Below are positions 14,557 through 27,905 of a stretch of DNA of 64,000 nt, in pieces. The translations under genes and the position numbers were made by a program. The first letter of the stretch is position 1. Each line of letters begins with the position of its first letter. The notes beneath the pieces were generated by a model. The model was not told where the DNA came from. It saw nothing but the letters and a program-made list of their open reading frames with translations, and searched no databases. The DNA is from Bugula neritina (taxonomy: Eukaryota; Animalia; Bryozoa): the NCBI GenBank assembly GCA_964035545.1, contig OZ037770.1:5652729-5716728 (forward strand), in the 5' to 3' direction.

Positions 14557-17500
14557 TGTAAGAAAGAATGTTGAAGAGAGTCAATGTAGCTGCTCAATGG
14601 CAGATGTTAGGAATGTGTTTATGATGACTGAGGACGCTCTACCCACCAAACAGCTCAACTATGCTATAGCCATAGAAACACTGAGTGAGTGTCAAACAAC
14701 TCAACAAAAAACCTTTTTTAAAATTTCTGCTTGTGACTTAATACTGTAGAGACAATAACTCCAACTTAGTTTGTTGGTTCTGTTTGTGTTGTAGATAGAG
14801 GAGTTGCAGTAAAGCATCAACTAAGTTTTGGCCTAAAGCCAGATAGTTTAGAGCTTATTGGACATTTGTACGGACTGCCTTATGTTGAAACTATGAATAA
14901 GCACAAAGTTAAACCTTCCAAACTGGAACATATTCTGGTAAAACAAAATTGTAACATGTCATTATACTTGCTTGCTGGTTACTATACAAAAGAGGTTTTG
15001 GGTGCTTTTTTTAGTCTGTTGTGTTTTGTTTTTATTTATTCTAATAAAGTTATTTTAATAGTAGAAATTGACCCATATTTCCAGCAAGTTCTTTGTCAGT
15101 TTCATTCTGTTGTACACTAATACCAATCAGTTTGAGCAATGTAATAATTAGAGAATAAGTATTGAATTGATTATGTTGTCAATTATAGTGAATGGGTAAT
15201 TCTATTAGTTTTTAGATTTGGTAGAAAGATTGCTACTTGAATGCATCAAGTTTTCAACAAAAATTGAGTTACAGAAAGTATTTGGACACGCTGTGAAGAT
15301 TTTAGAGCAGATGAGAAGATGTCCCCCCACATCAAACTGGGTGAGCTCCTGGAATAGGTTCAGTCAGACACTGGTTATTAAGTATGCTGTATGCTGATAT
15401 ACACTGAATGATGATTTTCAAATATGCAAACACACATGCCTCATGCACATGTAGTATGGTCAATTTAGAAGGACAACTCCGAATTTACCAGCTATACATT
15501 TATATTATAATTTATATTGTATACTTTATATAATATATATGAACATATGTGATGGCTGCTGTCATTTTTGGTCTCTTGGGGGTCATCCAAGATTTTTACT
15601 TTTTGATGTGGATGAATAGAGTAGGACTTTGTGATCACATTGCAATTTAAATTTTTAAAATCAGTCAAATAGAATCAGAGATATGCCCGGTTATACACAC
15701 AGCGGTCCTCAACAAACGACTTCTATTATTGCGAGTAATTAACAGTCAAAGTTCGGCGACTTAAAATTATACTAAATTCGTTGTTTATCTACCTAGCAAC
15801 AGTGTCTTCAATTAGCTCCATCAGCCCAAAAGTTAGTTACCAGGGGCGGTTCTTTATGCTGATCATGAAAATATTAATTTAAAATTCATATCTGCAATAT
15901 CTTAATCAATATTTCAGAGTTGAGTTCAGTATAATGAGAACATTTTGATGATTATCCCAAGAGATTAATACTATAATGCCACGTGGTTTCATAATAAAAT
16001 CTAACTCTTTTGGATCACTGTTGCCACTAAGTTCATCATTACTATTATGGCCACTACTCTTCAGTCCTTGTTCTTAATTTTCAATGTAGAGACATTCTTT
16101 TAAATTGTTAATATCTGTTATCTATTAACTTGCAGCGCGATCTAGTCGCCATGTTTATTATTAGTAACAATTCTCAGTCAAATTATACTTAACTACGTTG
16201 CGCTCTACACTACGCCGCTATTTGAACTATTGTTAAAGGTCGCGCTATTATGCTCTAATCACGTGACCAGCTTGCCAACCATGGAATGGCTCATTAAAAC
16301 ACCAATCATTCATAAACCATAGCAAATATCACAAAACTGATTGGACAGCTAGAAAGAGCACATGTTAATTGCCTATTATACACTAAAAGCTGAAATTGAC
16401 CTATTTATGACAACTATAGATAAAACCCCTTATAACTAACAATAGCGAATAATGCCAAGAGACCAAAACTGACGGGAGCCATCACATATTATATAGTATG
16501 CAATATAAATTATGATATTATAAATAAAAGTATAGCTGATAAATTTGGAGTTGTCTGAATGAATTGATCATACAGTCTATATAAGAGGCTAAGAATCTAT
16601 TGGAAATATTTAAACACAATGATAAAGCTGATCAGTGTAGTATCTCCCTCTTGTATGTTTTACTCACTTTCCAGAGTTGGCTCTTGGATGAAACTGGTAG
16701 AAGAAGTATTTCTGCAAGTACTGGGGGCTTTTCAACAACACCACAGGTAGATATCTCAACTAGTTTATGAGTTGATATTGCAGTAATATTGTTGGACAAT
16801 TACTTAGTCGTAGTAATTACGTTATAGTTAGAACATTAGTGAACAGTATTTTAAGAAATGTAAACAGCCTGTAGTATTAGAGAATCTGCACTAGCAGTTC
16901 AATACTGTTTATATACTATTCTGCTCAACTCTATTAGTTTGCCTGGTGACCCGAAACAGGTAAAATTTCCTCTGCCTTTTGTATATAGTATCCTTGTTGA
17001 AGTTTGCATTTCTCTCTGAAGATATGTAGGCCTACTAGAGTTGCTGTGCGAGCAGTTTATAATCCATGTTTAGTGAATTTCATCACTGCGCTAAAAGCAG
17101 TTTGAAGTTATCTTATCTCAATAAGTTTGTGCTATGATGTATACATTCCACAGCCGGTTACTTTGAGGAGGCGGGGTTTCCCTCACCTTCTCCAAGACCC
17201 AAACCAACAGCCTCAAAACTTACCTGCAATCGTTGAGCTCAACTCTGCGAAAAGACTCATGGGTCGTCCTCCCATTGGAATATCTCTGTCCTTGACACCT
17301 CCAGTCACAGGAAGTGCTGCCAGGTCATCGGGTCTGCTCACCACCACCTCAGCTTACACCATTGCTACTGCTGCTGATTCGTCTCAAGTAAGAACAACCT
17401 CTTGAACTTCTCATTGAACTTCTTGGCTGTCACAGCATTCTTTTCAAGGGAAGCCTGTTCGTGAGCGTTTCCCTCTGCTTCGTCTTTTAGCTCAATGCAC

Positions 17501-19479
17501 CTGCAACTTGGTCAAATCAGCCTGTACTTAATGTGACTCAACCATTTCAAGTAAACCAATCAACTTGCTCAAGTCAAAGTATTTCTGCTTATGAAGGATT
17601 TTCACTTATCAAATCCACACTCATTTGGTCAAGTAACATGATGTGGGCGTGGCAAGTGCTTCCTGCAGCAGTGTCTCACATTACAGTAACTACTTATTGT
17701 TTCTCTATGTCTAATGAGTAGAGTTTCTATAGATATACTTAAACCTCACATTATGATGAATGAATGATCTGAAGTAAAATATGTGCTGCTACATTATTAC
17801 TTGTAAGTAACTGCAAAAATTGATCTTTTTTGATTAGGTGAAATAACAGGTCAATTTTCTCTATAATTTAGACTATTTATCAGGCAGTTTTAGCATGAGT
17901 TCACTATCATTTAGCTGAGGTTTGCTATGACATTGTGTTGTTGGTTTTAGCCAAGACCAGGACTGAATGGGAATTCCTTTATGCAGTGCTTATGTAACAT
18001 ACCAACAGTTCCAGCCTACTTTACTATGTACCCCGGAAATGGTTCACTGGCCCAGTGCAGGCTATGTGGTAATTTCAGACAATGGATAGGTCAATCGCAT
18101 TGAAATACTTCACAGCTTACAGTGTGTAAAGTGTAAATAGTTTCCAAATTGATCTCTGATTGGTTTATGGGTGGATGCCAATACTTGCTCAATAATTTGA
18201 CTTATATCATGTTTACAGACTCCATATTATTATTATTTTACTCTTTAGTGTGTTTTTGTTAATTTGTTCGGTGAATGCACAGGTTTTGTATAAATTACCT
18301 GCTCATGTTTATTTCCTTTTATTTTTCATAAACTTTATACTTGTAAATTGGTAGTTCGAAATGGTGCAGGTTTCACAGAGATTTACCATAGTTTGTTTAA
18401 ATGAAAGGAATTACGGTTTTTAACAAATTAGTAGATTAGCGTTTTTATGCTCATTTTGGGTGATTTTTCATATTTGTTCAAAACATTCCACATTCAACGT
18501 TCAACATTCCTGTACCTGAGCAATTTATAGCTGTTTTGTTGATTATATAGTTTCACATACTTATAGGGGGACGGATTGTGTCTAAACATTTTACTTCAAA
18601 TATTTATAAACTAATAAAATTAAAAATTTATATTACACCTCATTAAAAATTAAAAAACTAAAACGGGATAAAAATAATTAACCAACCAATGAAAAATCAA
18701 TTATTCTGTTATCCACATATTGGTATAAAGCTTCCTCTTTCTGTAAACATAAAATTCTCAGAAGAGGAACAACTGTTGCATGTAAAAGTAACTTTGTTAA
18801 AACTCAGAAGTTGTATGTAAACAGGTTTACTAACAGTAAAACCAATCAGGATGCATAGGATCTTCTAAAGTGGCAAATTTCTTTTTATTCTTTAATAATG
18901 GATAGTACATATATTCTGTTTCATGATATGATGAAATGGCTGTGGTTACACCTGAGTTTAAACGAAGTAGGTGATATCGAAACAGAATGTGTATTTAAAA
19001 CACATTTTAATGTTCTCTTTTTTTCTAACACAGCATTGTTAATATTAGCTGCTTGTCATAATGTCAATATTCAGAATACCTACAAATTACTGAACATGTT
19101 AGCTTTACGAAGAAGTACAAGTACTGTCAGCTGTAGAGTTCCGGTCAGTTGATTAGAGTAAATTGAATTGAGAAACTAAGGATAAAGTTGTTTTATTGCA
19201 CTCTTTTAATAAAGGAATGCTCATATATTAGCAAATGTGATTTTACTTTGAATACTCTGGATATTGTTTATCGTCAATTATACAAGTTTTCACCATTGTT
19301 GCCAACTGATATGTTATAGGCTATTTTGCCAACAATGATGAAATACATAATGTTGAACACTGAAATATTGACCTAAAAATATTTAAGAAATATTTAATAA
19401 TTGTGTGACTTTCAAAATGCAGATCTTAGACAAGTTGGCTGCCATAAAGTGTCTTGCCATGTGCTCAGCTAGTTACCAG
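14557..19479 (+). CDS. Multi-exon gene B, paralog of gene A, uncharacterised (both ends uncertain)
   Basis: Phase-consistent GT-AG exons 14557-14684, 14795-14937, 15209-15340, 16675-16746, 17154-17387, plus probable exons from 17491 and at 19423-19479. The peptide FLDLVERLLLEC...VFGHAVKILEQ..TSNW matches the gene A exon and ends at the same intron position. Confidence 0.65.
15455..16574. mobile_element. TIR element(s) in an intron of gene B
   Basis: 15455-15580 is an imperfect inverted repeat of 16455-16574 (ATGTGATGGC..TTTTGGTCTCTTGG / CCAAGAGACCAAAA..GCCATCACAT; GACAACTCC / GGAGTTGTC). Confidence 0.7.
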
Positions 19480-20051
19480 GTGAGTAGAGCATTTTAACCA
19501 CAAACTATGTTATAAAATAATTATTAATAATCAAATGGAGAATTCTATCACAATTGATATAATTTTAAGAATTGTCCTCACCTGATATGTGCTCAGCTAG
19601 TTTTCACATATCATCATTGACCCACTGACTAAAGAATTACCCAAATTAGGAGATTAGAGTTGTATTCCTTTGACAGAAGGTATACCTTTCATAAAAGTCT
19701 TAGAACTATTTTCAGCTAACTAGGTTTTGGAATCTATGCTAAATGAATGTCCACTGCTTATATTTTAGTATATAATGCATTCACTACCAAAGATACAAAA
19801 CAGTCTACATAAAGCTTGTTTACCACACCTGGCCACCAACAGGGTTTATATGGCAAACTACAACTTTTTTATATTTAGTTTACTACCTCTGTTAATTCTT
19901 GAACATTTCATATTTCCTTGTAAAATATATTTTAATTGTCTCAGTAGTCTCTCTTTTTGAGATCTTAGACATGAAAATATACAATAGTTAGCAGAGATGC
20001 GGGTCGACTCGACTCAAACCAACATAATGAGTTCAGTGCGCAACCAATTTT

Positions 20052-20084
<33 letters not shown>

Positions 20085-20209
20085 TTTATATATAGGCATT
20101 ACATGCATTGAAACGAGAGTGCATAAATTTGCGTAACAACTTACATGTTTTATACATCTTTCAATTCATTTTAATTAATATGATATAAACTTTTATATTA
20201 TCAAGTTTT

Positions 20210-20575
20210 GAAATGTTTTATCAATAACTTTCAACTTACATTGTAAATCTTTCTTCAAACAGACTACACATTCATGCAGTCAATCTTCTAGTTGCAGGTG
20301 AATATATTTATAACAAAAGAAAGCTGAATAATTGAAATGGAGCACCAAGTTGTGGCAAAAATCAATTACAATATAATTATGTCTTATAATTATATATATT
20401 ATACTATGTATAGCACACTTGGCTTTTATCCATAGTTTGATGCTTCATTTCAATTATATTCAGTTTTATTGTGTTTTGAATATTCACCTGCAACTAGTAG
20501 ATTGACTGAATGTGTAGTTTGTTTAAAGAGAGCAGTTCAAAGAAAATGAAAATTGAATTATATTGATAAAACACA
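20210..20575. repeat. Palindromic MITE-like element
   Basis: CAGTCAATCTTCTAGTTGCAGGTGAATAT / ATATTCACCTGCAACTAGTAGATTGACTG, with further matching arms. Confidence 0.65.
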
Positions 20576-20752
20576 AATCACATCTCTTTTTTAAAATCTT
20601 CAATGATCAATTGTAAGTTTTGCTAAAATCTATATAGTCGTTATATGTCATCTTTGTAATTACATGTTATAGTCACAAAGATGATGTTACATAAAAGTAT
20701 CTATACTGCAATGATAAACTGTATATAGTTTTTTTTATAGATTTATATATAT

Positions 20753-21260
20753 TGTAGTAAACTTGTGGGTTTTGAATGCAAGTAGTGCCTACATGCTCTA
20801 GAGAGAATAAGCCAAGTATTCTGAATACGAATAAAGATAACTTTATTAGCATCAAATACAGCTTATGTGGTCCTACTACCAGCGAGCTCCAGTAGTAGTC
20901 TGAACTACACTGGAACTCGCTGGCTTTTATATACAAGCGAGACAAAGACATTCCTTTGCCGAGATCGGGGTTCCGAAATGCCGAATATCGGCATTTCGGG
21001 ACTCCGAAATGCCGATCTCAGCAACAAAGGACACACACAAAAGAAGCAACATTAGTAAAAGAAATATTACATAACTTCAGAATGTGTATTTCAGTAAAAT
21101 CACATTATGTTGAGCTTTAACAGTAATTACCATACTTAGGCATTAGCAAGCTAACTTACTTAACTATAATTACAGAATTAAGAATGATACGCAACAGTAT
21201 TCATAATATACTGTTGCACGCTGTTATTTCAGAACTAAAAGAGGGTGAAAATCCATTACA
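20753..21260 (-). repeat. 3' LTR of element 1 (508 bp)
   Basis: Direct repeat of 28768-29325 with about 6 substitutions and 3-bp and 47-bp indels. Adjacent PPT GGGGGGAGAA (minus strand) at 21261-21270. Confidence 0.95.
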
Positions 21261-21472
21261 TTCTCCCCCCATCGAAAAGCATCCCCTTTTCGATAACAGA
21301 GACAAGGTGTTTGTACAAACAGGTCAAAAATAAAACACAACAGTAGAAAATATGTGGTTAACAGAAAAAGTATTATGATTAATCAGGCGTGTCACAATAA
21401 ACAATCGTAGTAGCACCCATAATATATACAGTTCGGGCGGCTAATGCCTAATTGTTCGGTTTGGTCATTGGA

Positions 21473-22231
21473 CACAGGATAGTTAAGGGCATCCTCACTA
21501 AGAATATCATAAATTTCTCACAAAATGTAGTTCGGGTTTCTTGAATAATATTGCTCTGCGGGTGGCATGCGTGTTGCCTACTTGTAATTGTTTAGCCTAA
21601 GATTAAACTACAACCAATAAGCAGCAGCCTTCGTTAGGGCTGCGTTATCTATCAACATTCCATTATTGGTGCTACATAAACAAAGTACAAAGCGAGCTAT
21701 TCATTATAGCCTGCCAGCTAGCTAGCCTGTAATTATTATGTAGGCGCCAATATCTTCTCATCCCTACGTGCTCAGTGAAGCGTAAAGTGCTGCGCGCTGC
21801 TAGTTTCTTATGAGAAAATATGGCATTTTCAGTGTATAAATCACCAATTTATGAGCAATCTAGCAGAGTTATTGAAAAAAGAAAAAAAACTTACACTGGA
21901 GAAATATCTCAGGATTCCAGCAGTGCAATTTTTATTCAGATATCATGCTTTGCTGCTGAGGTATTTTACTGGTACTGAAAAGTCAGCTTTTCAGGCAAAA
22001 TTGGCCAAAATTCGGCAGTTTTTTGTCTATAACTTCGCAAAAAAAAATGAAAATTGAAATTTCCAAAAAAGTTGCACTGGGGAAAAACAAGATCTACAAC
22101 ATAGTTTTTAAATTTTGACTCTAGCACAATTAGGTGAGATTTTATTTTACTGGTACTGAATTCTTATATGATTACAATGCAAACCTCAGCAAGGCAGTTG
22201 CAGCTAAAAGGTTGCCCTTAACTATCCTGTG
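21473..22231. mobile_element. Non-autonomous DNA transposon (MITE-like), CAC...GTG ends, 2-bp TSD; CMC/EnSpm-like, copy 1
   Basis: 19-bp perfect TIR CACAGGATAGTTAAGGGCA and TSD GA. Removing it restores the host ORF end LVHHLQ*. Confidence 0.9.
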
Positions 22232-25200
22232 GAGGTGGTGCACCAGGCTTTCTATCTCTTCGGTACATCGGTCAAGGATACTGGACCAAGCATGGATTGC
22301 ACTATCAAAGACGCACTCGCGGTAAGGAAGTGCCATACTCTGCCCGTGACGGGGCAATTGTGAGTGGGTCGGCTGGGTCTTCTCTTCTATCTGGCTGCCT
22401 GGTGCTCCAGGCTCCTTGCCCAGTCTTGCCAGCGCTACCCGTAGAGGCTGGGTGGTGGCTGCGGTAGCGCCATCTCCAATCAGCTGGGCGGGTAGTAGGG
22501 TCGTGGCCTCATCTTCTTCTTCTGGAGGGGGGTCCAAGTCAGTCATAGGTATGGGGTATCGCCACCTACCTCGGCCAACATTACCCGAAAGAGCTGGGTA
22601 CCTGTTGTCCAGGTGACTGTGCTGGTCTGGGGGTAATTGCTTTTGGAGAAGTCCGGTACTGCCAGGGCTGTTCTGCAACTGAGGCTCGGAGTTTTTACCC
22701 GTACTGGGTGTATTACTCCTCTGTGGGGACATCTCCATGTGTCCCACGTGGTAGTCTGCCAGATATCTGGGGGGCCTTCTGGCCCTCTGACTCCGTTCTT
22801 GCTGTATAGGCGTTGCTGGTGCCGGTGGCTCCTCAGCTACCGCTGAAGGGGGGTCCCCGCCTTCACCCGTAACACGGGTGGGGGTGTCCTCCCCCTGGAG
22901 GGGTGGTGGTCCTAGGGCTTGCTGTCGTTCTTGTTCCCGCTCCTCTCTCTGTTGTCGCTCCAGCTGCTCCAACAGGGCGGTTTGCTCCTGGTCGGCCTGT
23001 CTGGGGAACACAATTTCCACCTCTCGAGGGCGGGTGGCCTGTCCTCGACGGCTGGGCTGGCGGTGGGGCTCCAGAAAGGGTGGGGCTTGGCCCACCGCGT
23101 CTGGGCTGGCCTGGTACGGCTTCAGGCGCTGCTCGCTCTGGACTGAGACCTGTCCAGAGCGCTCCACACGGTATGTATGGTTTGGCAGCACCTCTACCAC
23201 GCAGTAGGGACCGACGAACTTGGGCTGAAGCTTAGCCGACTGTCCGCGTCGCCTACGATAGCTCACCATCCAGACCCAGTCTCCCACCTGGTACAACGGG
23301 GGATCCTCCGAGTCCTCTGTGCGGGTCTGCCACTGCTGGGTACGCAGTGCATCATGAGCTTTGCCCATGATGTCTATCAGACCCTCCACATATTCGTGTA
23401 CCGGTGACTCGGGGGCAGGAACATGGTATGTCAGGTGTTCCGGAACCCGCGTCTCTCGGCCTAGCATCAGGAAGTTTGGGGTCTCCTGCGTGGCGGAGTG
23501 TGGTGTGCTGCGGTAAGCCCGCATGATTTGCGGCAGCACCACGTCCCATTCTTCCTGACCTCGGCCAAGGAGCAGGCTCCTGAGGGCGTCACCCAACATC
23601 CTGTTGTTCCGCTCGACGACTCCGTTCCCTTGCGGGTGATATGGGGTGGTCCGACTCTGGTTCACCCCCCATATCCGGCAGAGGTCTCCCATGAGCTGGG
23701 ACTGGAACTGGGCACCCTGGTCCGTATGTATCTGCTAGGGTAAACCGAGGTAACAGAACACATGTTGGTCCAGGGTCCGGGCCACCGTGGGGGCTGTTGC
23801 GTCTGGAATAGCCAGAGCATCTGCCCACCGGGTGAAGTGGTCCGTGAGCACCAGTATCCAGGTGTTCCCTCTGGCGGATAACGGCATAGGCCCGACGAGG
23901 TCCACCGCCACTACTTGCCACGGTCGACCAGCGTATAGCCGGCGTCGACCAGTGGTTTCCGTGGGGCGGCCATGCTTACTAGCTTGGCAGACCTCGCATT
24001 GCCGTACCCGCAGTCGTACGTCCCGAGTCATTCCGGGCCAATACCAACGCAGCCGCAGACACCTGATGACCCGGCTGACTCCAGAATGAGCCTGCTTATG
24101 GGTGTCCCAGATCAGTTCCCGTCGGAGGGCGCGTGGACAGACGACGCGGTCCCTCTCCTGCTGACGGTTGTCTGCTGCTAACGTTATCATCAGGAGGCCA
24201 TCAGGACTGACCTTGAGGGCGTCCCAGCGACGACAGAGGAGTTGGAACTCAACGCCTCCCTGCCGCTGCTGTTCCTCGCTAGGTCGTCGGCCCTCCTTCT
24301 TGGCCCGGAAGATGTCCGCTACCGCACCGGGTAGCGTCTCCTGGAGTCGGCACAGCTCCTTGACGTTCTGGTATAGAGTGGGGTTGGCGTGAAGCGCCTG
24401 GACGTCGTCTGAGTGGGTTTCGGTCCAAAGATGGCCGTGCTCCCACCGATAGACGGCGCCCTCCCCTAACTCTGTTTCCACGTCAAGGCGAGCGGGTCCC
24501 CCGTCCCGCTTCTCAATGTGCAGGCACTGCTTACAGTCTCCTACCGGCCGGCGGCTCATGCCGTCGGCGTTCCCATGCTTCCGGCCAGCACGGTGCTCTA
24601 TCCGGTAAGAGAACTCGGCAAGAATCTCTAGCCAACGAGCCACCTGGCTCGAGGGCTCTGCACGTTTACACAGCCATATCAGTGATGCATGGTCTGTTCG
24701 CAAACGGAACGTTCTCCCATACAGATATGGCCGAAAGTGCTTGACCGCCTTGACTACTGCTAGGAGTTCCTTCCTAGTGGTGCAGTAGTTCTTCTCGGCG
24801 GCTGCGAGAGTCTTGCTGTAGTAAGCCACGACCACCTCACTTCCACCCTGGACTTGAGACAGGACAGCTCCTACGCTGTGGTCGCTGGCGTCGGTGTCCA
24901 GGATGTACTCCTTGGCTGGATCAGGATACGCCAGAATTGGCGCCTCCATTAGCCGTTGCTTGAGGTGGTCGAATGCCTGCTGCTCCTCCTGTGTCCACTG
25001 CCACCGGACCCCCTTTGCGGTCAGCCGATTTAACGGCTGAGCCACTCCTGCGAAGCCAGGTATGTACTGCCGGTAGTACCCTACTAGGCCCAGGAACGCG
25101 CGCAACTGAGGGAGGTCACGGGGGACAGTCCACTCCTTCACAGCCTGTACCTTCTCTGGGTCGGTAGCGACCCCATCACGGCCAACCACATGGCCAAGGT

Positions 25201-27900
25201 ACGTGACTTCCGGCTGCAGGAGTGCACACTTGGAGGGCTTCAGCTTCAGTCCAGCTGCCCGGAGACGGTCAAAGACCTCCCGCAGACGACTGACATGAGT
25301 CGAGAAGTCTGGGGAAATGACAATGACGTCGTCTAGATAGATGAGGAGGGTCTTCCAGTGTAACCCACTGAGGACCTGCTCCATGAGCCGTTGGAAAGTT
25401 GCCGGAGCGGACGTTAGTCCAAATGGCAGTACTTTCCACTTCCAGAGCCCGTCGCGAGTGATGAATGCTGCTTTGTCCTGGGCATCAGGACTGAGGGGTA
25501 CTTGCCAGTACCCGCTAAGCAGATCCAAAGTACTGAAGTACTTGCTACCCGCGAGGGCATCTAGAGACTCATCTATCCGTGGGAGAGGGTAGGCGTCCTG
25601 GATGGTAACGCTGTTGAGTCTGCGGTAGTCCACGCAGAATCTCCAGCTACCATCCTTCTTCTTGACCAGGACTACTGGAGAGCTCCACGCACCGTGGGCA
25701 GGCTCAATCAGATTCCGGTCGAGAAGATCCTGTACCTGTCGGCTCACCTCCTTCTCCTTCTCCGGGCCTAGACGCCGGGTAGGCTGCCTGATGGGAGTGG
25801 TGCCGGTTGCCAGGGGTATCTCGTGGGAGATGACCTTGGTCAGCCCCATGTCTTCATCGCCACGACTGAAGACATCACTGTACTCTGCAAGTAGTTGAGC
25901 CAGTACTTGGCGTTCAGTACTACTGGTACAGTTTCCGCACGCTCCATCGTATAGGTCAGCCACATGCTCCGGGACTGCTCCTCGTCTGGTGTGAGGGGGT
26001 TTACCCTGGGTGTCGGCCACTGTCTCCAGTGCCGGACCCACATCCGCTTTCTTCACAGGATAGTTAAGGGCATCCTCACTGAGAATATCATAAATTTCTC
26101 TCAAAATGTAGTTCAGGTTCTTGAATAATATTGCTCTGCGGGTGGCATGCGTGTTGCCTACTTGTAATTGTTTAGCCTAAGATTAAACTACAACCAATAA
26201 GCAGCAACCATCGTTAGGGCTGCGTTATCTATCAACATTCCATTATTGGTGCTACATAAACAAAGTACAAAGCAAGCTATTCATTATAGCCTGCCAGCTA
26301 GCTAGCCTGTAATTATTATGTAGGCGCCAATATCTTCTCATCCCTACGTGCTCAATGAAGCGTGAAGTGCTGCGCGCTGCTAGTTTCTTATGAGAAAATA
26401 TGGCATTTTCAGTGTATAAATCACCAATTTATGAGCAATCTAGCAAAGTTATTGAAAAAAGAAAAAAACTTACACTGGAGAAATATCTCAGGATTCCAGC
26501 AGTGCAATTTTTATTCAGATATCATGCTTTGCTTCTGAGATATTTTACTGGTACTGAAAAGTCAGCTTTTCAGGCAAAATTGGCCAAAATTCGGCAGTTT
26601 TTTGTCTATAACTTCGCAAAAAAAATGAAAATTGAAATTTCCAAAAACTTACACTCGAGAAAAAGAAGATCTACAACATAGTTTTTAAATTTTGACTCTA
26701 GCACAATTAGGTGAGATTTTATTTTACTGGTACTGAATTCTTATATGATTACAATGCAAACCTCAGCAAGGCAGTTGCAGCTAAAAGGTTGCCCTTAACT
26801 ATCCTGTGTTTATGGAGTGGTACTTCCCCACCAGCGCTCCAGCCGATAATCGGATAGGTTCCGTGAAGGGGTTGATGCACTGCACGAGGAGCTCCTGCCG
26901 ACAATCTAGCCGATTCAGGCTGTTTGCTAGTCGGATCGCTCCGTGCGTTCCCTCAACCACCCCCAGGCCGGCGATCCCCTTGCAGTTGACTCTGCAGCGA
27001 AGAGTCGCCTGGGATCTCACCGGAACCGTGCAGTCCCGCACTACCTGGACTCCGCCCACCAAGGGCCTTCCGAACTTGTCGACGCAGACAAGCTCCTTCC
27101 CAGCCATCACCACCACTGACTTCTGGAAATCCATATGACACTGGTGTTTCTCCAGAAACGGCATTCCCAGGATAGCGTCCTCCTTCAGCTGGCTGACTAT
27201 GAACGTCTCGTGAATTGCTTGATCACGGACGCGTCCAGGTAGTGAAATGACGCCGTAGAAAGGAATGCATGATCCGTCCGCCAACGTACCATGCGCACCT
27301 TCATACGGCTCGAGGCTCGCTCGCTCTCGTGCACCAAGAGTGTCAAAGAGACGCTTACTCAGCAGGTTGGTAGTGCACCCAGTATCCAGTAGGAATGTGG
27401 CAGCTTTACCCGAAATCTTTCCGGGCAGGAAATAGCTGCTTCCATACGGCTGGGTGCTCCTGGAGCGGTCAGTCTCTGGGGGAGACACAACTTGGGTCCG
27501 CACAGCGGGCCTCCTCTTCGTCTTAGAGACAACGGGGGTTTTCTGAGGTCGGGAGGGTAGCTTGGGGTACTCTTGCGAGTAAGCTGAATCCTCCTCCACA
27601 ACCTCCTCGGGCAACCCCGCGAACCGGTTACGGAGTGGCCAGGCTGGAGGATCGGGTAGACCTTGCGGTCTCCGAGATCTCCGAGGTGCCTGCCATCCTG
27701 CTTCTTCTAGCTGCATCCGGGTCTCGAGTGACACGGCCGGAGGATCGGGTAGACCTTGCGGTCTCCGAGGTCTCCGTGGCCTCTGCCACTTGGTATCGGC
27801 AGACCCTGTGGAGGTCTCTTCTTCTCCTCTTTGAGTCCTATCCCGGATGGGATTGGCGTGAGGCCCACGGTTGGCGGAAGTTACCGTGAGCCTTGGGTGT
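22232..27900 (-). pseudogene. pol: Pol of element 1 (PR-RT-RNaseH-IN plus C-terminal extension), interrupted
   Basis: LLDTGC protease, YLDDV RT, TDAS RNase H, HHCC/DDE integrase and GPY/F motif. Broken by the insertion at 26054-26808 and an in-frame TAG at 23735-23737 (LGLP*QIH vs FGLPEQIH in element 2). The last codons are cut off by the insertion at 21473-22231. Confidence 0.93.
26054..26808. mobile_element. Same CACAG-TIR non-autonomous element, copy 2
   Basis: Same TIR, TSD TT, about 97% identical to copy 1 by eye. Removing it with one TSD restores the pol frame (YHSIKKADVG vs FHSVQEEDVG in element 2). Confidence 0.92.
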
Positions 27901-27905
27901 TTAAA
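27861..27905 (-). promoter_or_regulatory. Putative -1 ribosomal frameshift signal of element 1 (T TTA AAC plus stem-loop)
   Basis: Canonical U UUA AAC in gag phase, a 5-nt spacer, and an 11-bp stem AGGCTCACGGT/ACCGTGGGCCT. Confidence 0.8.

Noticed and set aside
17491-18070. MED25/PTOV-like domain in gene B (LIWSSNMMW..., HWP)
   Set aside because: Only a few residues of resemblance, and exon boundaries are unresolved; it needs a profile search.
21483-22221. TTAA-flanked piggyBac/Kolobok-like insertion
   Set aside because: The inverted repeat extends 10 bp outside the TTAA in both copies, so TTAA is internal to the TIR.
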